Of a DNA stretch of 64,000 bases, positions 33,401-45,579 are shown piece by piece. Within the stretch, counting starts at the first letter, position 1; each line of letters opens with the position of its first letter. The translations under genes were made by a program, and so were the position numbers. The DNA is taken from contig NIVC01002564.1 in the NCBI GenBank assembly GCA_002269645.1, positions 62,001 to 126,000 of the forward strand, in the 5' to 3' direction. Origin of the DNA: Macrostomum lignano (lineage: Eukaryota). A model generated the notes under the pieces. That model had not been told where the DNA came from. It worked only from the letters and a program-made list of their open reading frames with translations, and ran no database searches.

Positions 33401-33695
33401 GCTGGGGCATCCACCCTGCTCGGAGCAGGACTGCTGCACTCAGGCTAAAGTGCAGCATCTCTGCTGCATAAATGAATTAAATAAATCGACTATTTCGAGC
33501 GAAGAAATTCAAAGCTGTCCCTGTACTGACTTTTGTATGGAGAAAATTAGTGATAAATTTACGGTAATAGTCTGTTCTCTTGGCACTTCGGGCCTGCTGC
33601 TTTCCTTTGCCGAAGTTGCTGCCATTGTGCTGTCAATAGCCATGCGAGATCTCATGAATTTGAACTTTGATAGAGCCAGGGCCTTGTATCGGTAG
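30487..33695 (+). CDS. Tetraspanin, TSPAN13/TSPAN31-like, ~241 aa, 2 exons (30487-30867, 33351-33695)
   Basis: Four hydrophobic segments; QFSVSCSCLA..IIEAGWN matches the TSPAN13/31 signature; CCG motif in EC2. Donor CAG|GTAAAT and acceptor TTTTGCAG| are both phase 0. Confidence 0.88.
30913..31965. mobile_element. Non-autonomous element with long (~190 bp) imperfect terminal inverted repeats
   Basis: ~30913-31110 is the reverse complement of ~31780-31965 (shared TTGAAGGCCA..GAAAAATACACTACGGAGATAGGAAGTT..CTGTTATTGCTTTCGAT.GGAGGCAGACCCA). Outer ends and TSD not resolved. Confidence 0.7.
31111..31468 (-). mobile_element. Full-length tRNA-derived SINE, ~360 bp
   Basis: 5' end GGGGCCGTAGCCCAGCGGTCTAGCGC with A box (31461-31451) and B box GGCTCGATTCC (31418-31408); A-rich tail; 14-bp TSD TTTGTCGATATGTT at 31097-31110 and 31470-31483. 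Confidence 0.88.
32479..33221 (-). mobile_element. Internally deleted Tc1/IS630-like element with ~139-bp near-perfect TIRs and a frameshifted N-terminal transposase fragment
   Basis: 32479-32617 vs 33083-33221 are inverted with about 3 mismatches, flanked by TATA on both sides. The internal minus strand encodes HTH-like LVIEALDGGEHPKDIARLLNVKEKVVYSI and ...ISTISRAL...RNNLQTVARRQEFVQWL. No DDE domain. Confidence 0.75.
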
Positions 33696-34042
33696 TTTTG
33701 TAACTTTATCTTAGTATCAGTAAAGCTGCTTCACCTTAGTAATCACATCAGTAATTTTCTACCATTGTCTATTAAAATATAATGTTAGAATCGTCAAAAA
33801 GTTGATTTTAATATTCAATACATATTCAAGAACTCTTTTTGCTTCCCATTTGGTTTTTACCGCGTCCAATACATTTGATACAATGAAGGGTTCATAATCA
33901 CTACCGGTACTCGTATAGACTAAGAACTGAAATCAACAGGCAATTCGGTTTTTTCGCTATCTATTTGATTTATTTAACGAACATCAAACTCCGAATGCAT
34001 GCATTCACTGTCCTCTCTGTCCGAATACTCGGGTATTTGACG

Positions 34043-34270
34043 ATTGGACGTCAATTCTCTAGCAAACGCAGTCAAGGAGCTCCTGAGGCACGTAGCACCA
34101 GATGACACGTCGCGCTACACTAACCAGAGCTTGCTAAAGACGTGCGCGACCTCGTCTGCATCAGGCGGGGTGGAGCGCGCTGAAATTTGTCGAGTTACTG
34201 CATGGCGTTGAGCGTTCCATCGTGCAAGTTCAGCGCGCACTTGATGAAGCTCAGTCTCTGAGATTTCAAC
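34043..34270 (+). pseudogene. Degenerate Crypton/DUF3504-type tyrosine recombinase C-terminal fragment
   Basis: IG(fs)VNSLANAVKELLRHVAPDDTSRYTNQSLLKTCATSSASGGVERAEICRVT resembles the remembered consensus IGxNxL..MK......YTNHSLRATAAT.L...GV....I...TGH. Frameshifts and stops are present. Confidence 0.5.
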
Positions 34271-35299
34271 TCGAGCGGACTCGTGCCGCTCGCAACACCG
34301 CACAAAGCCATTCGGAGGAACTGGACGACGTCACAGCTCAGCCATCCAACTGATGGGATTGCCTCCAGGAGGATGTTGCCGGCCGAGTTCAGACTTTTGA
34401 CGGCCGGGCGCAAGGCAAAGGCAGCAGCCGTAACTCAGTTGCAGTGCGGCTAAGTGTCTCACCTGCCACGGGTGCCGCGTCCACCTCCACGACTCAACCC
34501 TCACCGAGAAGGCTAAGAAATGAGGATGAGTTGCTTTTGATGTGGCCGCAGCCTTCTGCTGCAAGCATAGGGCCGCAGTCACATCTTAGGCACTGCTGTC
34601 CGCTGCTAGTATCTGGAATAGGAATTTTCTGCTGCCTCCATGCACTCTAAGCAGCCTTCCTTGGCGCTCAGAAGTTGCACATTATGGCGCAATGGTGACG
34701 TCAATAACATAGGAAATTAGGAAGTTTTGCCTAGCCTAGGGTTAGTTAGTGGAAGCCGCCAAATTTGGCGCTTGCCTGTACTGTTGTTGCCTGGCCTGCC
34801 GCGTACGATCGCTCAGTGTACGCAAGTCTAGTTAGCCGCACTCCTCCCCCGTGCGCTCTCTAGACCCTTCCCCCTTCTGCTCTCTCGTTCCTCCTGCGTC
34901 CGAGCCTCTCCCCATGCGTCATTCTATTTTTAGACTGAGGGTTTCGCGGACCCCGTGTCCCGAGCTGAACCCTCCCTCACGTGCTGCCTTGTGCGCACAA
35001 GCCCAAATTTGGCATGCTATTGTCACTAGTGGCTGGAGGCGACTGTCGGCGCTTCGTACAAGCTACTTTCTCCCCCCATGTTTAATCAATATCTGTTGTG
35101 CATCATTATCCGCACTTTTCGGCTGCAGTTCCATGGTCAAGCCACGGAATGCCCAAACGCTCCACCCTCCGCGTTCTATATTAACAAATGCAGGCCCACT
35201 TGTCTGAATTTTTCCTCAGAACCGTTTTGACCGCTGGTCAGACTTGTCGAGAGCCTTCTCCAAGTCAAGCGCTCTAGCGCCGGTTAACAGCGAAGCAAA

Positions 35300-35425
35300 G
35301 CTCCTGAGCAGGTCTTGGTAGAGCTTTAAGCATCGCTAAGCAGCTGCAAGCTCCTGAGCAGGTCTTGGTAGAGCATTGCAGCGCTCAAGCAGAAAGCACG
35401 CTCCTGAGCAGGTCTTGGTAGAGCA
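35300..35425. repeat. Three copies of GCTCCTGAGCAGGTCTTGGTAGAGC
   Basis: Direct reading at ~35300, 35350 and 35400; possibly in the 5' region of the adjacent LINE. Confidence 0.85.
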
Positions 35426-36059
35426 TTGCTAGTGCTATAGCTCTGGTTTTCCAGCCTACCCTATTGGCAGGAAATCAGTTAGCTGAAGCCATTCTGCTAG
35501 TGTCTATTCGCGACACAGGCGCGAATAAGAGTGAGAGTGAGTGTGCAGTCGCAGCACTCGTGCGCGATTCTAAGACTAGCTGTTAGTTTATAGGCCTAGA
35601 GTCTATTGCTGCTTCAGGCGCATAGACCTATTTCCTCGCCGCCCATCTGCGCGAGACGTAGCTATTAGGTTAGTAAGAGTTAGGGGTCCTCTGAGAGCTA
35701 AACTCAGACACGCTCAAGCGCGGACATTTGTCAGTGCCAGGACTGCGCCGCTCAGGCCATTTGCTACCATTGAGTCCTGTCACTTGGACATTGAAATATC
35801 TGAGACTAGTTGTTCTAGCGTTATTTATTTGCGTGGAGCCCAAACAGACCCCTTCATTGCGGATCCTACGGTTCCCACGCTGGTGGCAGCACTACCCTTA
35901 ATTTTAGATTTCTCCCCAGTCTCAGCCCCCATAAGTATAACCGCTAAGACCGCCCCGGCCAATAGCAGTCCACCTAGTTCTATCCCGGGCAGTAAAGCGA
36001 GTTATAACACTTTTCTCCGGCCCTGGACAGTAGGCATGACCGTCTCTCAGGGCATTCAC

Positions 36060-37610
36060 TGCTTGCAGGTCAACCTGCAGCACAGCGTTGCTGCTTCAGT
36101 CAACCTCATGAAGCACAACGCACCAGGAATCATTCTTATCCAGTAACCTTGGACGCTCAGGGGCAGCCCACAAAACGTCCCCTCCGGCTACCAGTTTTTA
36201 ACCGCTGGCCCCCGGGAGGAAAACCTGGCACCAAGATCCTGTATCGTGGTGTCTAGCTTTATTAACGCATGGATCAGATCGGACCTGTCCACCAGGGACT
36301 CTGTGTTGTCCAATCTGAAGACATACTCCCTGGGAGAGCTTGTCACATTGGTAGAGCTTTGCTCCACCAGAAATTATGAGCTGCTTGTGGCAGGCGACAT
36401 CAACGCCCACCACACCCACTGGGGCAGTTCTGAAATCAACCAGAGAGGTGAAGACTTCCTGACCTATACTACAACTACAACCCTTAAGTTCTGCAACTCG
36501 GGTAGTACCCCTACCTTCAACAACGCCCTTGCCACGCCCAGGCTTCTCCAGAGCACTAGTAGGGAGTGGCGGGTGCTTCCTGGGGCGTCCCTCTCCAATC
36601 CCAAGTTCATCTCTTTTAAGCTGGCCAGCGCCCGAAACGCAGACCAGCTGTACTGGAAACGGAATGCTAGGATTACCGACTGGACTACTTTCAGGAGTGT
36701 CCGGAAGGAGACCTATCGTTGCACTAGCGCTCCAGTCTCCACCAACACCTGCGAGGAAGCAGATAACTTTTCGGCCGTGCTCACGGACTCGCTCACTGCT
36801 GCCTTCGAAGCCTCGGGCAAATAAAGGCAAACAGCCGGCCCCATGGTGGAACCCGCAGCTTGGCGACCTCCGTCGCAGAACCAAAAGGCTTCACCGTAGG
36901 GCCCAGAAAATTAAAAACTTGGCCGACCAAACCACCTACCTGAACACAATCCACGGATTCAAGAGGCAGGGTCAGGAACGCCGAAACAAACAAGTGACGC
37001 GAAAACTGTGAGGAACTCGAGGTCACCACCTCCAGGATCGTTAAAGCGTTTACGCAGGACAAAATGTCCAAACTTTCCTCAGTCAAGAGAGCCGACGACT
37101 CGCCCACTGAAAACCCAGGAAAACACTGGAGGCGATGCTTACAGCGTTTATCTCGAACGAGCCAGCCAGGCCCGACCCCCTGATCACTCCCACTCGCACC
37201 TTATCAGGTGGATCATGTATACGATCAGTTTTCGTACTGCCACCGCGCACCTGCTGGGCCACTAACGGATGATAAGCATCTGCAAAGGCAGCCCCCAAGG
37301 CGGTGTTCTTTCTCCAGTTCTCTGGAACATGGTAATCGATGAGCTCCATTAGGACAGCCATCTTGACTACAGAACACAGACACAGACCACAGACCACAGA
37401 CCACAGTAAGTTCTGTGATCTTGACCCCATCATTAAGGTCGGTTATGTCGATGATGTCACAGCCGTGCATGGCATCCGGGCCGTCACCTGAAACCCTTAG
37501 AGATCTTTTACAAAACTTTATTCGCTCTGCTGAACAATGGACGGACAGGTCCGAGACCAAAACTGTCGCGATCATATTCGCCAGCAGGGTCAATTGGCGT
37601 ATTCGTCCAT
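36060..37610 (+). mobile_element. Decayed non-LTR retrotransposon (APE endonuclease plus RT fragments), R1/LOA-like
   Basis: LQVNLQHS..IQ*PW (E to stop), LVAGDINAHHTHWGS..NQRGE, PWWNPQL.DLRR, GSPQGGVLSPVLWNMVIDEL (37284-37346), YVDD (37444), KTVAIIF. Many stops and deletions. Confidence 0.88.
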
Positions 37611-37624
37611 TAAAGCATTATGGA

Positions 37625-37770
37625 GAGGGAAGAGGAGAAAATAGAGCAAAGAAGGAGAGAAGAGAGGAGAAAGGAGAGAAGGAGAGGAGAGAGGAGCGAA
37701 GAGAGAAGAGAGAAGAGAGAAGAGGGGGAGAGGAGAGAGGAGATGAGATAAAAGAAGGAGTAAGGAGCAG
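37625..37770. repeat. Purine-rich (GA) low-complexity tract
   Basis: Direct reading. Confidence 0.85.
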
Positions 37771-38538
37771 AGACGGGACACAAACCTTGAGCAGGCCGAA
37801 TTGCTATTGTGAAGTTTAAAAGGATCCGAGGGCCGGATAGAGAGGCTTTGCAGGCTACATGGGTGCCGGAATTTTCCCTCACCTGGTCTATTGTGCTTTG
37901 TTTGCTTATATTTTGGTCTCAGTTCTGGCAAAGTTTTCTGAGATTAGTCTATGGCTCAAGCTGGGTTGATAATAGTACGAGCGTTCATGAATAGAGATTG
38001 CGTTTTTGGCAAAGTAAAGATCGCAAAAAGGTATAATTAATCTTGGATTTAATTACAAGTTTCGATTAGTCCATAAAAAGCACACGTACACATTTCAAAT
38101 AAACCGAAAAAATAAAGCAAACAACGTCATCTGTACTTTTCTGCTGCGGCAGAGATGCTATCAAAATGTCTATTATCAAAGTCTCGTGTTGACCGCGTGT
38201 TCGATTAGCATTATCTTTTAAAAAATTCTCAAGTCTTGCCGCTAAACACAAGCTCTGTGTCAAATATGACGTCCGCACCATTGCAATCAAGTTAAAGCCG
38301 AAACGAGTTCAAGTAGGCACAAGCCGATAAGCCTCGCATGCCACGCGCTGTAATCAAAATCGGAAGACTTTTTTACAAGATAACTTACAGACTGGTAAAT
38401 AGAAATTGCTAGGCGTGCACTTAGATCACGCGTGATCTGCTCTACAAGCCCTTATCTGACCCACCGACTAGGGTGAACGTCCGAACTCGGGCTCGCACTC
38501 GCCTCGTGGGTGAGTGCTGCACTGCGATATTCTTAGGC

Positions 38539-38546
38539 TATAAATA
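38539..38546 (+). promoter_or_regulatory. TATA-box-like TATAAATA
   Basis: ~107 nt upstream of the dioxygenase ATG at 38653. Confidence 0.45.
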
Positions 38547-38652
38547 CTCTCGAAAAAGCATACCATTGTGGCATGACCTAGCAGGCTCGCCGCACGAATC
38601 TACCTTATTCAAGACAATTGCTTCGAACTAAGACTCTTTGCATCTTTCACCC

Positions 38653-41339
38653 ATGGCTCGAGTGCTACTCCGCGGTCGAAGCGACGTTGTTGGCGCGATG
38701 CGTCCAAGTTTTCCTCAATTCTTGGCGAGGAAACTGGCAGATAGAGACACAGAATTTCCTCGGCGTATGGGCCCGCGCGAGACCAGGGCGCTGCTGTCCG
38801 ACTCGTCCGCTACCGGTCAGCGCCAGTTTTCATTGCTACGCCGAACCCTAACGGAGTCTGGAGCTCTGCATCTGACGGGAATAGCTGGAATTGATTCGCC
38901 CGAAAGATTCCAGTCGTTGCTATTCCGTCTGGGCCTGGCAACGGTGGAATATCGAGGCGGCCTGGGGCACAGAGTGGCCGGATCCAAGTCCGGAAGTAAC
39001 CGGGTCTACTCAGCCAGCGATGAGCCGCCCGAGTTCACCATTGAGATGCACAATGAGAAAGCGGACACGCCAGACCTCCCGGATGTGGTAAGTTTGCAAT
39101 CGAACAGCGAAATGGGGCATACAGTTTGCTTCTAAGTCAATGCTTACAGGGGTATGTTGAGATGTCGAGGCTTACAGGAGGGATAGCTGAGATGTCGAGG
39201 CTTACAGGAGGAATTGTTGGGATGTTGAGGCTTACAGGAGGAATTGCTGAGATGTCGAGGCTTACAGGAGGAATTGCTGAGATGTCGAGGCTTACAGGAG
39301 GAATTGCTGGGATGTCGAGGCTTACAGGAGGAATTGCTGGGATGTCGAGGCTTACAGGAGGAATTGCTGAGATGTCGAGGCTTACAGAAGGAATTGCTGG
39401 GATGTCGAGGCTTACAGGAGGAATTGCTGAGATGTTGAGGCTTACAGGAGGAATTGCTGAGATGTCGAGGCTTACAGGAGGAATTGCTGGGATGTCGAGG
39501 CTTACAGGAGGAATTGCTGAGATGTCGAGGCTTACGGAGGAATGTTGAAATGTCAAGGCTTTCGGGGTGGGAATTGCTGAGAATTCACAGCTTACAGTAC
39601 AGCGGAATAGCTAAGATTTCAAGGCTTACAAGGGATTGCTGTGATGTGAAGGCTGAGAGGTCAAAAACTACATGTCATGTACTCATGGTCTCGATGACCC
39701 CCATGACCTATTTTCTCTGGTGCTACTGCAGAAATTGCGTTTTTCGAAAGTAAATGAGTGAAAAAACCGGAAGAATATTTTTGCTTTCTCACAGTGCACA
39801 GTAGAAAGGTTTATAGAGAAACCAGCCAATTAGCAAACTAGTAGAGGTGGCGCAAAAGTGGCGCCATCAAGTACGAGACTATTTACGAGGGGCAGGCAAG
39901 TTCAAATGGCTATTTAAAAAAACTAAGCAGACTCTCTTAAACGCTGAGAGAATCATCGTTGCCCGTTCTGGCTCGTCTTTCTACTCGAAAAAAGCTGAAA
40001 ATAAATTCAATTTAATCGTGTTGCTCTAAGGATTCGAACGACCTTCAATTCTTGTATAGAAAAGGTCAAATTTACTGCAGTTAAACAAACTTACATTAGA
40101 TCACTAACACTTACATTACATGCGACCATGCAGCGCTGGCGTGATGAATAACTAGTTTGCCGTCAATCTGGTTTTTTAATATGGTGAACTATGTCGCACT
40201 CTAAGGATATAATTTGCATTCGTCTACTATTATTGGTACTCAAGTGCATTTAGTGCCACAAAAATAGTAAAGGCCGGCAATCCTGAACGCACTTGTCTGT
40301 GGCGTGATGCCTTGCATTATTCACGCCTTCTAGTGTGCGTGAACGCGTGCTTGTGGCTAGCTAAAAATAGCTTATCTCTCTCTAAATAGGTGTTTTCCGT
40401 CTTTCCCAATGCGCTCGCGTAGAGATCGAGCCTCGCCAGACATGCCCGGACCGCGTGTGTGCAATCTCTTCTTATCTTCTGCGTTATCTCTACATTAAAG
40501 GGGCTGAGAGAAGAGTTTTTTATTACCTGAGCCACCCGCGTCACTTAATTTAAGCGCGGTAACTTTCGCTGCGATAGGAGTATTATTGAAGGGTAAATGC
40601 ACGTTTACTGTATTATGACAAACACGCTTTGTAGCAAAAAAGTTACATGTACAATTTTCAACAACAATTTATGTTCTATTTACTTATTTGTTTGCAGATC
40701 AGCTTCTGGTGCGAAGTGCCAGCCCAAGCCGGTAACGGAGGCGAAACGGTGCTATTGCACAGCGACTCCGTTCTTGATCGAATTGATCCCGCCGTCTTGA
40801 AACGCCTGGAGGACAAGAAAATTTGCTATTGGCGAAGATTGAAGCACAAGCGAGAGGCCGGCGATTATCTTAGCTGGCAGGCGGTAAGTAGGGACTGGCG
40901 AAGACGGGTGAATACGGACGCAATATACATTTAGACATAAAGATTGTTGCTAAAAATAGAATCCCGCGCCCGAAGAAAGAGTTCTTCGTATCGTATTCCC
41001 TGCCACGTCACTACTGAACGCAACAATTATCACGTGACTACTCTGAACCAATAGGAAATATCGGGTAATTCCTGGAAATCCCAAATGTCGGAGACATGAT
41101 ATTTTTCAATTCTAAAACCGCGAATTTCATTTTTTACAGGTTTTCCACACCGACGACAAAGTGGCAGTTGAAACCTATCTGAAACAGAGACAGTTCAGCC
41201 TTCAGTGGGATTCGAATAACGACTCCTTGACTTATTGGAATGTTATTTCGCCAACTAAGATCCATCCAATTACTGGTGGGTAAAAAGCATTGCTTTGATT
41301 TTACTCTATCTATCTATCTATCCATCTATCCATCTATCC

Positions 41340-41436
<97 letters not shown>

Positions 41437-41863
41437 AGCTGGCAGGTATCTTACCTACCCATTGGCTTTCCAGCTGCCTTAATCGTTTCCGGTGATCTTG
41501 TGTGCGTGCTTTCAGCTTGATTGGCTGCGGCAAGCAAGCTCGAAAGAGCTCGCTTCGCTCGCTCTTTCTCGCTATCTACTATCTATAGCCAGGACCTGCA
41601 CCGGAGCGGTTACGAAAATTAGATTTCTCGGTAGTTGCACGTACTCTTTTGCACTACTTGAGTAGTCTGATTTTCGTTCGGCATAGCTGGTTCCAGCAGG
41701 TAGTTCCTCTGGATAAAAGCGCTTACCGCGCCCATTGGCTTTCCAGCTGCCTTAATCGTTTCCGGTGATCTTGTGTGCGTGCTTTCAGCTTGATTGGCTG
41801 CGGCAAGCAAGCTCGAAAGAGCTCGCTTCGCTCGCTCTTTCTCGCTATCTACTATCTATCTAC

Positions 41864-41962
<99 letters not shown>

Positions 41963-42317
41963 CCTATCTATCTATCATCTGTCTACAATTGCAGGCCGCA
42001 AGGTGTGGTGCAACTCGATCCAGTCGCATCACTCCTCGTACTACTCTGTGCACCCCAGCTACAGAGGGGCATCAGAGCACCTGTTTACGTCGTTCTATGG
42101 TGACCAATCACCAATCGAGGACTCGGTGCTGCAGCACATCCGAGAGGCGTCCTGGTCCGGCGCCATCGGGTTCCAACTGGGCCGGCACGAGATGGTCATA
42201 GTGGACAACCATCAGGTGCAGCATGGTAGAATGGCGTTTCAAGGACCGCGAAAACTCAAAGTGGCTATCAGTAAGCCGTGGACCTTTTGCGGCAAATCCG
42301 TTATCCCATCGGATTAA
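38653..42317 (+). CDS. TauD/TfdA (clavaminate-synthase-like, DdaC/SyrP-type) Fe(II)/2-oxoglutarate dioxygenase, ~359 aa, 4 exons
   Basis: Exons 38653-39087, 40698-40883, 41140-41275 and 41995-42317 are in phase. Motifs VY..SDEPPEFTIEMHNE (HxE), ISFWCEVP..GGET, HPITGRKVWCN and DNHQVQHGR..FQGPRKL (distal His, 2OG-binding Arg). Confidence 0.88.
39140..39560. repeat. 30-bp minisatellite (GAATTGCTGAGATGTCGAGGCTTACAGGAG)n
   Basis: Period 30, ~13 copies; dioxygenase intron 1. Confidence 0.95.
41305..41976. repeat. Two (TATC)n tracts (41305-41435, 41850-41976) and a ~128-bp direct duplication (41458-41586 / 41731-41859)
   Basis: Direct reading; dioxygenase intron 3. Confidence 0.92.
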
Positions 42318-42839
42318 GACAAAACTGGATGCTAGCTCGTACTTAGAAATAACCGTTTGAAATGGTCAAAATTTAAACAAGACCTGTTTTCAAATATATT
42401 TAATGATTAAGTTTCGCCGCTATGAAAAACCTCCAAACTCTGATAGTGCATATGCTCATAAGTTACTTCACCTGCGTGTAATATTAACAATTCTGTGTTA
42501 ATAAAGCTTTCTGTCTATCACTTCTTTCCATAGCTTTCACACGGTGCTAACGTTATTCCATTTGAGTTCATCTGAATCGTCAAATATCTATTGTTGTATA
42601 TTTTGTTTGCTTTCACCGGTGTTAAAAATTACTTTTTTGTTATTGTTTCATGTGGTATTGAAACGATTGAATGAAGTATATGTAGCTATCTGTACCTTTT
42701 CTTTGTCAATTACATTGTTGCATTGACTATCACAATTGGCATAATATTGACTTTTTATTGTTTTTTTCTTTTCGAATTAAAAGAAAAATCTCACGGCTGA
42801 ATTTCTCTGCTAGGCTCACAACTAGATTATCTTACAAAT

Positions 42840-43075
42840 GAATAATCTCACAACTCGATAATCTCACAACTCGATAATCTCACAACTGGATAATCTCAAC
42901 TAGATAATCTCACAACTGGATAATCTCAAAACTCGATAATCTCACAACTAGATAATATCACAACTGGATAATCTCAACTGGATAATCTCACAACTCGATA
43001 ATCTCACAACTATATGATCTCATGGCTCGATAATCTCACAACTCGATAATTTCACAAATCTTGATAATCTCACAG
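42840..43075. repeat. 16-bp minisatellite (GATAATCTCACAACTC)n
   Basis: Period 16. Confidence 0.9.
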
Positions 43076-43749
43076 GGTTTTAATCTCATAGCCTGTTTAT
43101 CTCATCTTGATAATCTCATAGCTTAAAAATCTAGTGCCTATGTGAAATATAAGTTGAAAAAACTCAATTGCTTTCATTTCAATCGCCTTACGAGCGTAAA
43201 TGTTTCAAATCTAGCCAAAATTTACCCCACTTATACTATCAATGCCGCTAATAAGTAGGCAGATAAGCACGCAGCAGACATATTTGTGCTAGCCACTAAA
43301 AAAACTATTTAAGCATAAATCGAAAAGGAAAGATCTCGTTCAGTGAGCTCACTGAGAGGCAAATGGTTCGAACTGGTGGGCCGAACAGTTTTGTTTTAGC
43401 CAGTCAGCCGAAACTAAACAGATTGCAGGGGACACGAAATCGGCCTCTTTCATATTTCTCTATTACGATACGCATCAGCGATATGATATAAGAATCTGAA
43501 ATACAGAGATCATGTTGATCAATTATGCCTTGTAGGGAGTGTGTTTGAGAAATGCTAGCACAAAAAAGCAGACTAAGGTTATCCTCGTGGGGATAACTTA
43601 TATCCAGAAGCCAAAAAGAAGAACATGAAATGCCAGCTTTGGCAAATGGGAGGCGGAAGATATTCACGGAGCATAAACAAGACTGCAGTGAGATAAGTCA
43701 GTTTTGCTTGGCTGGCGACTCCAATGGTGGAGTGATAGACTTATCATCT

Positions 43750-44800
43750 ACTAATATGGGATTTCTAGTCTACTAATTTGGGATTTAAAATAAAATCTAC
43801 TAATTTCTAAGGATTTCTAATCTAGTAATCTAGGATTTCTAGTCTACTAATCTAGGATTTCTAATCTACTAATATGGGATTTCTAATCTACTAATATGGG
43901 ATTTCTAATCTACTAATATGGGATTTCTAATCTACTAATCTTGGATTTCAAATCTACTAATCTAGGATTTCTAATCTACTAATCTTGGATTTCTAATCTA
44001 CTAATCTTGGATTTCAAATCTACTAATCTAGGATTTCTAATCTACTAATCTTGGATTTCTAATCTACTAATCTAGGATTTCTAATCAACTAATCTTGGAT
44101 TTCTAATCTACTAATCTAGGATTTCTAATCTACTAATCTAGGATTTCTAATCTACTAATCTAGGATTTCTGATCTACTAATCTAGGATTTCTAATCTACT
44201 AATCTGGGATTTCGAATCTACTAATATGGGATTTCTAATCTACTAATCTAGGATTTCTAATATACTAATCCAGGATTTCTAATCTACTAATCTAGGGTTT
44301 CTAATCTACTAATCTAGTATTTCTAATCTACTAATCTAGTATCTCTAATCTACTAATCTAGGATTTCTAATATACTAATCTAGGATTTCTAATCTACTAA
44401 TCTAGGGTTTCTAATCTACTAATCTAGGATTTCTAATCTACTAATCTAGTATCTCTAATCTACTAATCTAGTATTTCTAATCTACTAATCTAGGATTTCT
44501 AATCTACTAATCTAGGGTTTCTAATCTACTAATCTAGGATTTCTAATCTACTAATCTAGTATTTAAAATCTACTAATCTAGGATTTCTAATCTACTAATC
44601 TTGGATTTCAAATCTACTAATCTAGGATTTCTAATCTACTAATCTGGGATTTCTAATCTTCTAATCTGGGATATCTAATCTACTAATCTGGGCGATTTCT
44701 AATCTACTAATCTGGGATTCCTAGTCTAGTAAGTTGGTATTTATAATATAATCTACTAATCTTGGATTTATAATCTACTAATCTGGGATTTCTAATCTAC
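43750..44800. repeat. 22-bp minisatellite (TCTACTAATCTAGGATTTCTAA)n
   Basis: Period 22 (44101/44123). Confidence 0.95.
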
Positions 44801-45579
44801 AATTTTTGTTTACAATCTCCTAAGGTAAGTGTAAATATTTCTTTTCTTCAAAATTTTATATCTTAGCAACAATATTTCAGACCCTGCCAAAAACCATATC
44901 GCTCAAATCTGCAGTTTGCCCGAAGGCCTTGACAGCAAGACAGACAGACAGTAATGATAGGTGCGCGGCTCATTTATTTGACGTGTCCAAACCAGACTCA
45001 ACCCCTCAGGCTGCCATCTACTCCCCACAGAGTCAATTGGCGTAACCGGTCACTAAACCACAAGGAACAATTTCTGCTCAAGCTCAAGCAGCTTGCGGGC
45101 TTACGGTGAAAGCAAAAAAACATGACGCTGTCTTCTTATACTCTCGGAACTGCCAATTGAAGGTTATGAAGTCATAATGGGATTTTGTGCGGCAGGGTGC
45201 GAGTAGGCAGGCAGCTCGTCCTGGACAGCTCGAAATCTGACCGGTTCGCTCGAGCGAGGAAAATCAGATTTGAAAATCTGCGCTCACAGGCCTCCGCCCG
45301 AACCTCTCATCCCACTTGATCGAGAATTTCCCAACCCCATACCCCCTCTCTGTATCCTGACCTTGCATACGTTAAAAAGAAAATTTCTAGTGGAATCCCC
45401 AATCTCCGACTTCTTGGGGGGGGGGGGGCTGGAACTGCGGATCAAGGAGTCCTTGAAGGGAATCTGGGATTTCTAAAATCTTTGGCGAAGAAAGCAAGTT
45501 TTACAAGTTTTCTGTTCGGTCGAATAGGGATTTGTTAAACTTTATCTCACGAATTCAAACTTAATAAATTCTCTGAATT

